In this document: in pieces, positions 63,699 through 64,000 of the stretch
Numbering within the stretch: the stretch's first letter is position 1
Layout of the letters: every line of letters begins with the position of its first letter
Assembly (NCBI GenBank): GCA_030390025.1
Contig: CM059432.1
Location: 113,958,001 to 114,022,000, forward strand
Direction: 5' to 3'
Length of the DNA stretch: 64,000 bases
DNA from: Squalus acanthias
Taxonomy: Eukaryota
Notes under the pieces: generated by a model
Databases searched by the model: none
What the model saw: only the letters and a program-made list of their open reading frames with translations
Told to the model about the DNA's origin: nothing
Position numbers and translations under genes: made by a program

Positions 63699-64000
63699 GC
63701 ACTGGCAATTTCAATGGGTTTTTGTGTTGAAAAACAAGATGTACAAGAGGCATAATGTGAATGTTTATACTCCAGTATCTACATTACCCTCTTAGTCAAC
63801 ATGGTGATGGAGAACAGTGTCCCTCCCTGTTTACATCAAGGTGATAACATCTCTTTTCAGTCAATCCCCTTCGGATTTGTTTCCTGATTAAGTTGTAGAA
63901 TTTGAGATCACAGGTCTAACTGCCTGTCTTCTCCCACTCCTCAGCCCCCTTCATTCCCCAAACACAAAATCACTTCCTCACTGTACCCAGGTTTTTTAAT

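Overview
Repeat-rich vertebrate genomic DNA, most likely from a cartilaginous fish. This is inferred from HE1/V-SINE-type and Deu-domain SINEs, esterase-ORF1 CR1 LINEs and Neptune-type Penelope motifs. One host gene is supported: an intact minus-strand DCSTAMP with three coding exons (15162-14134, 10300-9971, 7115-7008; 488 aa) and a candidate TATA promoter with non-coding first exon near 49.5 kb. Most other recognisable sequence is nested mobile DNA. It includes a near-intact CR1 LINE and several two-gene PIF/Harbinger transposons, one with a fully open spliced Myb/SANT gene and a 741-bp derivative elsewhere in the window. There is also a CsRn1-like Gypsy LTR element with a tRNA-Trp PBS, L2 fragments, SINEs and MITEs. 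A rearranged Penelope element carries three minimal hammerhead ribozyme motifs. A separate 99-bp, TSD-flanked, hammerhead-bearing insertion and a perfect 202-bp templated inverted duplication in a DCSTAMP intron are the least expected structures. All calls are by-eye readings; no searches were run.
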